DNA of 64,000 nucleotides from Penicillus capitatus (GCA_965649825.1 OZ287698.1:1255949-1319948); one strand, 5' to 3'. Counted from the stretch's first letter, positions 1-11,913 are shown. The notes: generated by a model from the sequence alone, not told the origin. Numbers and translations: made by a program.

Positions 1-869
1 TCACGAAGTTGAAATTCTGATTCACTCCGCTGAAATCTGTAAGCTTTTGGTTGCTCGCTTTCGTGGCTGCCGTTTTTCTCGAGCTCTCCGAAGCAGCCTT
101 TCCCTTCTTTTCCTACAAGTCACAGCATCTCGTTCGCCCACAAGCCCCCTCCACCCAGTGCGCCTCACCCGGGTGTCGGCAAGGTAGGAGTAGATGCTGG
201 CCAATGCCTGTGCCTGTGATCTGTGAAGATCTGCTCCCTGGTACTTCAGTATCGCCCCCATCATGAAATAGACCTGCTCACAGATAGGCATCTACCCGGT
301 CTAAGGTCGATGCTGATGTCACCTCTTGGTAGTTGCGTGCAATGACGTCGCTGTCGACCTCCAGAATCTGACAAGTTGCCACAAGTCCCTTCGTGGCTGA
401 CTCGACGAGACGGACAGAGATGAGGGAATTAAACTGAGTGGGTGCCACGGCCATGACCCAAACTTTGTGGACTAACCGGTAAACGACAGCATAACTGCAT
501 AGAGGCATCTCAACTCAATGATCACTCTTATCACACTTACCGCCCATTCATGACCAAGAGTTTATCGTGGGCGAACTTGGGATGGATGTCTCCACTCCTG
601 AGACATCATCGCTTTTCATAGAGAACGAAAGAATGAGAAAGAGTAACTGACTGACCCATCGACATCTGTTTGTCCACGTCCCAGTGCAAATCGTCCCATG
701 ATAGTGACAGCTTCTTCGCTTGCTCGATGGACGATGGTCCCAGGTATCCCTCTCCTGCAATCTCTTCGAATCCAGTAGCTCGAAAGGCGAAACGGCGATA
801 CGTGTGAACGATCAGATTCGGTCCGCCGCGCTGACGGACAATAAGAGACATCGCATCCGGGGCCACCAT
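1..869 (-). CDS. TML: TPLATE/TSET complex muniscin-like subunit (TML/TCUP-like), N-terminal longin-like part; 3' end runs off the window
   Basis: Spliced translation MSLIVRQRGGPNLIVHT...LLVMNGRYAVVYRLVHKVWVMAV...LVATCQILEVDSDVIARNYQEVYFMMGAIL resembles the plant TML N-terminus (RYRVVYRLVN..YVLGI; ACRGVDVT...Y.EIY). Four short GT-AG introns restore the frame. Start at 869 or 851. Confidence 0.7.
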
Positions 870-930
870 GGTTGCAATTTCAAATAGAACTTCATTACCG
901 CCTTCAACAACGGTGGTTTGTATTTTCAGA

Positions 931-1971
931 ATGAATGTGACGCGACCGTATGGTTGGACGCGGTCACAAGGAAACGTCACGAGGCGTCCGTTTGTCTCCC
1001 GTGTCGGTTCCTCGGCACAAAACGCACCTCGCAGAGAGATCTTGCCTGAGCTCTCGAACGCGCCGGACGATACCTTGAGGCGTTCTCTCATCGCGACTGC
1101 CTTTATCGGCTTGACAGCAACCGTCACTCCCTTGTCTCGCGCTGCCGATTTTGAAGTGGAGAAAGAGACCTTCTCCGAAGGGCAAGACGCAGAGATCACT
1201 CAAAAAGTGTGATCCCTCATTGGAGGAATGACCAGAGATGATGCGTTAATGACTGACATCACAGGTCGTACTGGAATTGGGTTTTTGCGAAGACACCTCA
1301 CGTCTGAACCGTGCATCAGGAGATTCGGCCTTCTGCCTCAGAACTCGACCCGTGGGCGCCCTGACGATCGGCCTCTTCGGCGAGAGACTCCCGACGACCG
1401 TCGAGAACTTTGTCAAGACAGTGGCCTCCGGTGCTTACACCGGCACGATCGTCAATAACGTCCGTCCTGGTCAATATCTTTCGATCGGAAAACAAGGAAC
1501 TCGGCGAATGGGCGAGGTGAAAGCCCCAGACGGCTTGCTTTCCAATCCTGAGCTCACATCTGCGAAAGTGTGACATCGAATTCGGTGCCCATAGAGAGCG
1601 AATCCATTGCTGCCTAGGCCTTTGCCTTGCGTCACGTGCGACCCGGAACAGTCTCGCTGGCAATTGCCGAGAACGAAGACTCGAGTGTCCGTACACTTCA
1701 ACGCGAGTATTATCCGACGCAGATTCTCATTACGACTGGTCCAGGACCGGCACCTCAGCTCGACAACGGCAACGTCGTTTTCGGGAGGCTCATCGACGGA
1801 TTCGACACGCTCGCTGCACTCGCAGAGGCACGTACTTACAAACCATCGCAGCGTATTCAGGCCTTCAATGCCTTTGCGCGTGCGATTGGAGATGAACGGG
1901 CAACGGAGGTGCGCAAAACGTGGGGTCGACCCATACAGCCCATTGTCATAACGCGGAGCGTCGTTGTCTGA
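931..1971 (+). CDS. CYP28: Thylakoid-lumen cyclophilin-type peptidyl-prolyl isomerase, CYP28-like
   Basis: Transit-like N-terminus with an RR...AxA lumen signal. Motifs GALTIGLFGE, ITTGPGPAPQLDNGNVVFG, TYKPS, GDERA..W.RP match CYP28. Introns at about 1208-1265 and 1568-1618. An in-frame upstream ATG also exists at 868. Confidence 0.85.
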
Positions 1972-2060
1972 GTGCGTCACAACGGTCCAGCAATGCACTG
2001 TCATTTCTTTCATCGATTCAATCCCGTTCGTGATTGTGTTTGTTCTCCGCCGCTTCGACC

Positions 2061-3490
2061 ATGTTGGGTTTTCGAAGCTCGAAATGGTGAGTGACAGTGT
2101 GCGTGGTGTGTCGACCGAAAAAAGCGATGACGTGTTCGTGTAGCAAAACCTCATGTAAGCTCTGCGTCTCGCGTATCAAGCTCAATAAAAACAAACGCGA
2201 AATACAAGTATTACGCACTCTTTATACGAGAGTCCAATGCCATGGGCGTCGTGGTGCGGCAGTTGACGCATCAACGACGTGAAATTGGGGAACTGCTGAA
2301 GAAAGGAAAGAATGAATATGCCTGGATACGTGTGGAAGCGGTTATCCGTGAAAAGAACCTCATTGCCGCCTATGAGATTCTGGAACTCTATCTCGAACTC
2401 ATCGCCGTTCGTGTAGAGCTCCTTGACAAACATCGAACGTGTCCTCGGTATCCCTATTCACGTGATCATGCATCTAAGTGCATTCGGTCTTTGCGCTGGT
2501 GTCTTACAGTGACATGGTCGAGGCCATCACGACGCTCATGTTCGCTGCACCACGTGTGGCAGATTTACCCGAGCTCATCGAAGTGCGAAAGTGGCTAAAC
2601 ATTAAGTTCGGTAGGGAGCTCGGCGTTGAGGGCGGGCGTAATTTCGATGGCACTGAGCCGCCGAACTGGCAAGTATGTCACTCTTTTATGAGATGACGTG
2701 ACAGAAGTGTGATATCTTGCCAAGGTGAATCTACGACTGCGTCAGTATTTGGCAGTGGAAGCGCCTGAGCCAGAAGACAAGCTCTCGATGATCTCTTCCA
2801 TTGCTGAAGAGGCAAGTGTCGATTTCGATCTGCAATCGTACGCACAGAGTGTGATGGTTCAATTGGATCCAATGGTCACACCTGGACCTCCACCGCCACC
2901 TATCCCACAACCACCTGTCTTTCAGCAACCGTCACCCCCACCACCAGCCGTCCAAACAAACGGCAGCTATCCAAGAGTCAACTATGGCATCGTGCCACCA
3001 AGTGCTGTTACACCGACATCCCCTTTGACGCATGAACCCAATGGCGATGCGCCCGTTCTTCCGCCGAAACAGCCATCGCGCAGATTTCCATTCGGTGGAC
3101 CATCCAGCGTAGAGTCCGCAGTCAAACGCAATTCTCCTTCAGGTGTGTGATGTGACAGGGGCCTTACACCGATGCTCAGATCAAGATGACGGGGACGTCA
3201 ATCGACACCGTGCCAGACTCAGCTGTACCGCCGCCTCTTCCTGACAAGGATTCCGAATACCAACGCCAACAAAAACAGTACGACGATGTGCCGACCGCAC
3301 CCCAGAAAGAAGCTTACCGTATGTCCGACCACACTTCACGTCATACCATGTCGTTTTCTGCCTAGACGACGAAGAAGAAGCGAATGAAGACGGCGGCCCT
3401 TTACTTCCCAGTGCCCCTGCTGTTCCTCCGTCCGACACCGATATCGATTTCGATCTGTCGAATCGTCTCGCAGAACTGCGCAAGCGATAG
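2061..3490 (+). CDS. IST1: IST1-like ESCRT-III-associated Vps4 regulator
   Basis: Spliced KCKTSCKLCVSRIKL...RREIGELL...AWIRVEAVIRE...AYEILELYLELI...FAAPRVADLPEL, a Pro-rich middle, and C-terminal MIM-like DFDLSNRLAELRKR* (TAG 3488-3490). About 6 short introns. Confidence 0.88.
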
Positions 3491-3541
3491 AATGGTGATG
3501 GACAGCGGGTTATTGTATTCGTTGACGTGTCCGTCACGCGT

Positions 3542-3546
3542 TGTAA
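3542..3546 (+). promoter_or_regulatory. Candidate chlorophyte polyadenylation signal TGTAA (similar copies at 14485-14489 + after ELM1 and 31908-31912 - after the F-box gene)
   Basis: TGTAA lies 50-140 nt downstream of stop codons. UGUAA is the established chlorophyte poly(A) signal. Not found after every gene. Confidence 0.4.
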
Positions 3547-3802
3547 CATCGCCTTCTTCTCACCGTCGCATCATGCGCGACGTATAAGTCTGCGTCGCCT
3601 TGACCAATCTCGCTATTTTGTCAGCGCTTTTCATCGTCGACGACGCGGACAGCTGCAGAAATCCAAAGCATTCAACAAAAAAGTCGCAGGTCGTCCATGC
3701 GTTCTTGTCTATCTTCGTCGACGTGCTGAGTTGACCTGCTGTTTCGTTTCCCTAGTTTCTCGTTTTGCGTATCTTTTATCTGCTAAGGGTCTTTGAGAAT
3801 AG

Positions 3803-4847
3803 ATGTCTCATGCGGTGCCGCCCTCGTCGAGTTCCTTCGCATCGAAGCCGTGGAGTGGCGATGGCGCTGAGCAGGAGACGCCGTCAGTGACGGAAGTGGA
3901 CCTCAGCAGACATCCATCCGGAATTGTGCCGCAGCTCCAAAACGTCGTGGCGACGTGCTATTTGGGAAGAAAATTGGATTTGAAACACATTGCGATGCAC
4001 GCACGCAACGCTGAATACAATCCTAAGCGATTTGCTGCCGTCATCATGAGGATTCGCGAACCTAAGACCACGGCACTTGTTTTTTCATCAGGTCATGTGA
4101 CAATGTCCGTGCGGTATTCTGACAGAGAAATGCACGGATGATGTGACAGGAAAGATGGTCTGCACTGGGGCCAAGAGTGAACAGGAAGTCCGTCTGGCTT
4201 CCCGTAAATTTGCACGTATTATTCAGAAGCTCGGTTTCGAAGATGCCAAGTTCAAGGACTTCAAAGTCCAAAACATCGTTGGTTCGTGCGACGCCAAGTT
4301 TCCGATTCGTCTGGAGGGATTGCATATTAAGCACGGTCTCTTCGCAAGCTATGAGCCAGAGCTATTCCCTGGCCTGATATACCGCATGAAGGTGCCAAAG
4401 GTGGTGCTGTTGATCTTCGTCTCTGGCAAAGTCGTTCTGACGGGCGCCAAAACGAGGGAAGAAATCTATCAAGCATTCGAAACCATTCATCCAGCCTTGG
4501 TCGAGTTTCGTAAGGGAGACGTTCATTCCGCCCCTGGACTGGAAGCCTTGCCGGGCGAAAAGCGGCCGATATCTCAGAGGGAAGACTCTGAAATGCAATC
4601 GCTCCAGTCTATTATGTCGAATCTCAATTCTATACCATCCATAGAAAGCCTCAATCAGGCGCGTCTGATCAAGACATTGGGAGGGGGAGGAAGCGGAGCA
4701 ATGGATGGGGAGGATAAGCATTACCGTAAGCGATCACGTGTTGAATCCACCGGCTTTCAGGGATCCGCTAGTTTAGAGACCATGCCATCTTCGAACTGGA
4801 ATATCCCTCCCTCGACGCCACACGTCGCCCCGCCCCCTTCACCTTGA
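3803..4847 (+). CDS. TBP: TATA-binding protein with about 110-aa C-terminal extension
   Basis: Full two-repeat core LQNVVATC...[38 protein letters not shown]...QNIVGSCD...[13 protein letters not shown]...[12 protein letters not shown]. One intron, 4092-4149. Confidence 0.97.
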
Positions 4848-5381
4848 GGGTCGATTTTGTCTGGGGGAGTGGATATTTTTTCAGACGGTGGTATGATTCT
4901 TTAGACCTAAGCATCGTCGTTTAACGAAGTGAGATCTGGATGGAGGGATCATCGCCTCGAGCGCGCTCGTCGTATCGCCGGGTTGGACACGGGGGACTAA
5001 AATATCTCAGAAATTCAACACGATCGTAATTTATGAAGAGGATACCGGATATGAACAAAACAAAACATCACAACACAACACATCCAATGTAGTCCCAACC
5101 GTTTCAATCAGCAGGAACAGCATTTACGTCTACAAGAGAACATGACAGCACAATATGACTGAGCCATTTTCAAACCAATCTCTGTTCCTTTGTTGTTGTT
5201 GCTGCAGTTGCTGCTTCTGTCGCATCTTTGTCAAATCGCTCACTCCTCGAACAATACAGGAAAAATGGAAGACATCTGTGTGCGCATGTATGTATGGGAA
5301 ATGTCCAAAGCCATCGAATAGAGAAAGAGAAAGTCAACAGTTTGTTTGTCTGTCAGTCTGTCGACTAATCATTGGGTGTGT

Positions 5382-7064
5382 TTAGGCAGTTTTGGCCTGG
5401 GTTTTCATGCTGCGAATTTCATCTTTCAGTGCATCCATTTCGGCAGCGAGATCACGTGTAGCGCCAGTTTCAGCCAACTGCACCTCGTGTGTTGCCGAGG
5501 CTTTCTCCGTCTTTGCTTGATCAGTGGGATAGGCGGCGCCGCCATGGTGCGAGACGTCCAATCCTTCGTGCTCTTCGGCGGAAGAAACGCGCAGAAGTCC
5601 CAATAAATGCATAACAACGAAGAAAGGAATCATGTGTCCAAGGACCCACGTCGTGATGACGACGATACCAGTGATGGCGGCGACCAAGAGTTTGCCATCG
5701 CCACCCATGACGAATCCGCCAGCGTCGTTTGGCATAGCATATGCAGCATCTCGCATCAGATCTTGGTCGGCAAACACACCGACGGCAAGCAGTCCCCACA
5801 TTCCACAGAATGCGTGGACAGCAATGGCATCCAGTGGGTCATCCACACGAAGAACGTGAACAACGAAGTTGGAAGAGGTAACATAGACGATTCCGGCAAT
5901 GATACCGATGATGATGGCAGCCCATGGCTCAACGACAGAGCAGGAGGCAGTGATGCCGACCAGACCAGCTAGGGCACCGTTTCCGGCTCCAATGACGTCC
6001 CAGACCAAGTGTCCCGTGGTTGAATAGTTTTTGATCAGGAGAATGACGAGAGTGGTGACGCATCCGCCTGCAGCCGATAGCGTGGTTGTCACAGCGCAAT
6101 TTGCGGCAACGAGGTATCCTCCGCCTGTCAGCATCAAGGCTGATCCTGGATTGAATCCATACCATCCAAACCAGAGGATGAAGACGCCCAAGAGAGCCAA
6201 CGGAGCAGAGTGTCCAGAGATATCACGAACTCTGCCGTCTGGATCGAAGCGACCGATACGGGGACCCACCACTGCAGCGCCTGCTAGACCTGCTAAGCCG
6301 CCAACCATGTGGACCACACCGCATCCAGCGAAATCAATCATGCCGACATCGTTCACTCTGTCGCTTTCTTTAAAGGCACTCAGCCACCCCTCCGTGTTCC
6401 ACACCCAATGGACCACGACAGGGTATACCCAAGACGTCAAGAAGAAGGCATACATCAAGTAAGCTTCGAAACGCGCGCGTTCGGCCACAGCACCCGACAC
6501 GATGGTAGCAGCCGTTGCTGCGAACTGGCAGACATACATGACATCGTCATCGATGCAATGGCATGAGGCATGGTCTCACCGTGTACTGGAAGAACCAAGT
6601 AGGATAGCCATCGGTTTCAATGTCATCCAATGCAAAACCGTCTTTGCCGAGAGCATGGTTGCTGCTATCCTTTCCTAAGGCGATCCCGAAACCAAAGAAA
6701 TACCAACCCAGCGACCCGAAACAAGCGTCCAATAGATTCTTAAGAATAATATTTTTGGCGTTCTTTCCTCGAACAGACCCAGCAGAGAGCTGCACAAACA
6801 CACACCCCGTGAGTGGTTGGTCCGCATTACGTCGCGCAGGGGCCGTCCGTCCCCGCAGCCGTTCGCGCGTCCCTTCGGCGCAGCGGTTGCGTTCGCAGCA
6901 ACGTACTCGTGTGTCGTTCGGTGCATTGTGCTTACCATGCAGAAACCGCATTGCATGAAGAAGACGAGGTAGCCACTTAGCAGCACAAAGAAAGTGTCTA
7001 GAGCGGCACCGACTTCATCGTCGTCCTGTTTAAGTTGGCGCAACCCAGGCGATGAAAGTCTCAT
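5382..7064 (-). CDS. AMT1: AMT1-type ammonium transporter (paralog A)
   Basis: FFMQCGF, FFQY.FAA, SGAVAER, DFAGCGVVHMVGG, WFGWYGFNPGS, DDPLDAIAVHAFCG (twin His intact) and C-tail EGLDVSHHGG. Introns at 6790-6935 and about 6526-6580. Confidence 0.97.
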
Positions 7065-7680
7065 TGTTATTGTCGCAAGTTGAGAACAGCAGTAGTAGGT
7101 TGATGAAAAGCAAGCAGAAAACAGACGAGCAGCGAGAAACACTGGGATTTCTCGAACCTCGAATAGGCCGCCGTAACCGCCTCTTTGAAACCAAAGAGCT
7201 CAAATAGAGATGACGGATGACTCGCATAAGCACCTCCGTCGTCAGCTCCACCATCCCCGTCACATCATATTCCAAGACGTGTCGCTTGAGCGGCCAAGAG
7301 TTCCTTGACTGTTTGGTGATACGCTCACGATGGCGTATCTTGAAGTGCAGCAAGAAATATTGCCTCTGTGTGAGTCAGCCGCACAAATTTTTCTTCGACT
7401 CAGCGACCATTGACAAGGCTCTCTACAGGTTGCAAGTGCAAGATCTGAAAAAGAACGCGGAACTGTTGCGCGAATGGTTGGCACGGAATTGGAGGGCGAT
7501 TTTGTTCGATAAACGATTCGCGGCGTTTTATTATCCATCACTCGGCGTAACAGTCGCGAGGCGAACACGCAAACGGTTAGAACAGTCATTCTCTGCGCTT
7601 TCCTTCCTTCCTCCATCTTTACACTCGTTTTCTTTATGGTGATGCGAACCCTTCCCACTTGCTTAAAACCCAAAACACAC

Positions 7681-9533
7681 ATGTCAGATGTCTTAATAAC
7701 GTCGACTTACAGCAGTCTGGCCGCTGTGCTCGTACTCCTTTGTTGCTTCGTTGTTGCCTCAGGTTACATTTTTATACACGGCTGACGTTATGCCTATGAA
7801 GTTTTCTCTCTTCACATAGCCTGCAAGCTGGTGTCTCAACTAACGGGATGTGCGCTGCAGATGCTGCCCGGAAGGAAGAATACATGTGGCGACAACGCCG
7901 TTTGCACCAAATGGGAAATTCAACCTGCAGATACACAGTCTGTTCCAGTAAACTCCATAGGTATCTCGATCATATGGGGATGCGAATTCTGCTGTGGCAG
8001 CCAAGGGGAAATGCGACCCGACGACAGAGGCAGAAAAGTGTTTCTGCGAAGAGGGATATAGCGGAATCGATTGTCAGAATGACACTCTTCACTGCCCAAA
8101 CAACGGACAGCTGGACACTGAAGGACATTGCTGTGCGAGTGGCGTCTTTGATAGACGAGGAAAGTGCTGTGGCAAAAAAGACCACGACAGTGGGAAATGG
8201 CGCCTGGATATAACGGGAAAGTGCTGCAATCAAACGCTCAATGCATGTGGAGAATGCAGTGATACAGCATTCCTTGACATTCGAGGTGTCTGTTGCAAAG
8301 TGCGCCGTACAGAGATTGTGTTTTCCGCATGACGACATCGTCTGTTAGAACGGAACACTTGATGCTGGGGGTCTCTGCTGCAAAACCGGAAGAACTGACG
8401 AATGCGGTGTGTGCGATGGGTACGGCGAAAGCTGTACGACCTCCGTGACGTTAACTCTTGACAAAGACGTCAGAAATCCTAAAGAATGCCTCACTCAATT
8501 CTTTTCAGAAATAATTCCATCGAATTCGGGCAGTGTAAGTACAGACAGAGAAATCGAGCGCTTATGACAGAGGAGCGTTTCCGTGGGTGTAGATGACCAC
8601 AAGTGTTGAACATTTTTCTACTCCGAGAGACGGCGAACGTCGGTATAGAATCGATCTCACTGGACATGCCGTGCCAACCACAACGTTTAGAAATCACCTC
8701 GATCAAAACATTTCGGCCTCTTCTCCCTGTTCCGTTCGCCGAATCGAGAACGTCAGCAAGATGCCTAACTGCGGTAACGGAATCTGCGAGATGGGCGAAG
8801 CGGCTGGTATAAATGGCGAACATCAATGTCCAGAGGATTGCTCTTTTTCTTTCACCGAATGTAAGACAGGTAGCATGAACGATACCGTAGATAATCCAAG
8901 ATCTCCATGCTCCGGGAACGGTACCGTCGCCATCTCTGTGTCCTTCCCACAGAAATCTTTTCCCTTAGGCCTCTGTCTTTTTGCAGATGGGAGCTGTGAG
9001 TGTTTTGAAGGGTATAAAGGCCTCGCTTGTGATGAATGCGCACATGGATACTACAGTTTTGGTGGTCTCTGTCATCCAAGACAATTAGCATATCGATTCG
9101 AACTAAGAGTCGCTGCCGACGAAGACAACATCTCCGTCGATCAGTCGAATGAAGAGATTCCCAACGTTCATTCCTCGTCCACGTATGTTGCTGCCGTGGC
9201 TGTGATGCTTTAGTGTTTCTTTCCTATGTCAGGTCCCCCGATCGTGATCCCGTTGTGGCACATCTGGCGGTGGCGAGCGTGTGCTTTCTATTCATTTTCT
9301 TCGTCTCCGTTGCCATTGCAGCAAGAAGAAAGAGTCATGGACCCGAAAGGAGCGGCGGACAAATGGATGAAGATGATCTCGAAGCACGTAACATCGCTGT
9401 CGATATCGATGTCGACGCCGTCAGTCCCTCATCCGAGTCGGTATTAACTGCTTACTTAAAACAGTTCAAAGATTTTCAGATGAATCCTCCTTGGGAAGGT
9501 TCACTGGAAAAACATATTCATGTGACGACGTGA
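7681..9533 (+). CDS. Secreted/type-I membrane Cys-rich protein with EGF-like domains and LDxxGxCC repeats
   Basis: Hydrophobic signal-like exon 1, EGF-like CDPTT..KCFCEEGYSGIDC, repeats DTEGHCC/DRRGKCC/DITGKCC/DIRGVCC/DAGGLCC, DECGVCDG, a laminin-EGF-like CSGNG...CECFEGYKGLACDECAHGYY, and a TM segment near the C-terminus. Exon structure is approximate. Confidence 0.7.
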
Positions 9534-9717
9534 CGTCTCTATCAAACTGCCCCCATCTCTATACTTTGCGAACATCGAACGCATCTCATTTGCAGTCTTT
9601 TTGTGTGAGCGAACTCATTCTTTTCGTCCTCTTGTTTTCGAATAAATAAAGCTAGAAGTGGGCGAACGGCGACAGTCAAGAAGCAACTGGTCATGCTAAA
9701 GGGTGTCACTGATTAAA

Positions 9718-11265
9718 ATGAAGAATCTGACGCGTGTGCTGTATGACGTTTTCTGTCGGAAGATGCGACGACTGGAAGAGGATGGTCGCCTCTCTGTCGC
9801 AATCGCCCTTTCAGGAGGACCGGATAGTATGGCCCTTGCCTATGTCACGGCACTGTACTTTAAAAGAAACTATGAGCAAAGTACAGACGTCGGCGAGTAT
9901 GCACCCCACGTCGGATCTCGACAAAGGACGTCGCCGACGGAGACTTTTTGCCATCGCTCTAGTGGATTAGGCGAGACCGCACGTGGAGCTCCTCTCATCT
10001 GCGTGCTTTGACCTTACTCCTTTCGTCTGTAGCTATTGAATATGGACTCTCCTTCCGATTATTGCGACATCTGTATCGAAGCAAGGAGGCGACGGGGGCG
10101 TTTGGGCAAGGGCGTACAACTGAAGCACGGTGTCTCATCGGCATACGTCTCTCAAAAGAGAAGACAGCGCATTAGATGCATGGCGTTCATCGTGGACCAC
10201 AAACTCCGTCAAGAAAGCGCAACAGAAGCGCGCTTTGCTCTCCAATGGGCAAAAAAGCTCGGACTCGAGGCGGAGGTGATCGAACTTCAATGGGATTGCG
10301 CAGATCAGACCCGACCAAAGCAGCAAAAGATTCTGGAAGAGGCTCGACATCTGAGATACGCAGCTCTTGCGAAGAAATGTCGAGAGCATCGCATTTCTTG
10401 GCTTCTTGTCGGCCACCATGCAGGTCATTGGCCGCCATACCATCGTCCGGTGTGCGCGTGTCTATAACCAGATGACGACATTGAAGGATTCTTGATGCGT
10501 GCCCTTCGAGGAAGTGGACTGATGGGATTGGCAGGAATGGAAGAGACACGTCATATCGACCAAGTGGACATCACACGATCTCCTGTCTTCATTCTACGAC
10601 CCTTCCTCAGTAAGGCATGACAGTATTGGCGTTCGCAGCCGAACAGCAACTTCTCTAGGTGTGCACAAGAATATGCTTCTCGGTTGCTTGCGAGAAAATT
10701 CGATGGACTGGATCTCAGATCCGTCAAACACAGATAGCTCTTATCTAAGAGTGAGAATAAAGAAGCGACTGGAGGGAACGAAAAAGACGCCAGATGTTGT
10801 GGACCGTCACATCAAGGATGACATGGCATGTGTGTTAGCAGCTTGCAAACGCACGAGACGCTCCATTGAGCATTGCTCCTGGCTCCTTTTCGAAAAAGCA
10901 GCCATCGACTTCGACATGTTGGGCAATGAAGTGTTTTTGTCGCAGCAGTGGTCGCCGTGTTGTGTAGGACTCAAGGCGGTAATGACGCACGGCCATATGT
11001 GATCCTCGATCTAAAGTGTCTGAGAGACGCAAAGAGAATTGTGGTGCAGACGTTGCTGACACGCATCGCCATGTGTCTACGTCCAGCTCTCCATCCGCCA
11101 GGTGGCAACTCTGAGCAGCTTGTGGATGATGTCGTTCGAGGGATCACTAACAAGATCGCCCGTGCTTTTGGCGGCTGTATATTTCGCCGAAAAGTGTGCG
11201 GAGAACGAGAGACGTTGCGTATTGAGGTCCAGCGCGTTGCTCGCAAATGCAAAACAGATCGCTGA
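9718..11265 (+). CDS. tilS: tRNA(Ile)-lysidine synthase TilS/RSY3-like (organellar)
   Basis: PP-loop SGGPDS, VDHKLRQES, EARHLRYAAL, HHADDDIEGFLMRALRGSGLMGLAGM, RPFL, WISDPSN, RVRIK. Several short introns; the 9.87-10.17 kb part is unresolved. Confidence 0.88.
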
Positions 11266-11913
11266 ACGGATCCGCGCATAAGAGAACTAGCCCGAAAAAA
11301 AAAAGAATCTGAAACAAGTGTTTTGGTGAATGTTCTAAGACAGATATATAAATTTCGCCGCCATCGGCCAAACACCCCAATTCCATATCATACATTTCTG
11401 GACGCAAAGGGAGATCTTGAGATCTGTTGCTAGGTAGATCGCACAAAGCGCCGCCGCTAAATTATTGTCCTTGCCGAGTATGGCTGTTTCGCTGAGGATT
11501 GATCTCAAACAGAGTATAGTCTGTTCGAATTCACCGATCAGCGAGATCGTTGTTGCTCGGTCGTTTAGGAGAACCTGATACGAAAGCAGTTCCTCTGCCT
11601 CTACGACCGAGCAATGCGCCGACATAACCGTCGGCACACGCTTCTCGACACACCCCAAACGCGAAAAGAAGAAAAAGACGACATTACTAATGTCCTGGCG
11701 GGCTATTCCAAACAGTAAGGGCTCGTTTAAATACGTTCATCACGAGGATGCATGATGTGACAACCTCACGTCGCTAGGAGAATTCTTGTAGGATGAACAC
11801 AACGGCAGATGCCCTCCCACAATGAGAGAGAGTCTGGAAAGGGCGACGTCGTTCGGTGTCGCAACGAGCATCAGTGAGAGAGACCTGACAGCGACAGCAA
11901 CCAGGATAGGCGA

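Noticed and set aside
7505-7535. Paired GATAA motifs upstream of AMT paralog A as nitrogen-response elements
   Set aside because: Short motif expected by chance, not seen upstream of paralog B, and GATA-based N control is a fungal paradigm.
11335-11658. 107-aa minus-strand ORF between TilS and SSNA1
   Set aside because: No ATG at the annotated start, no family motif and no convincing splice model; may be UTR.
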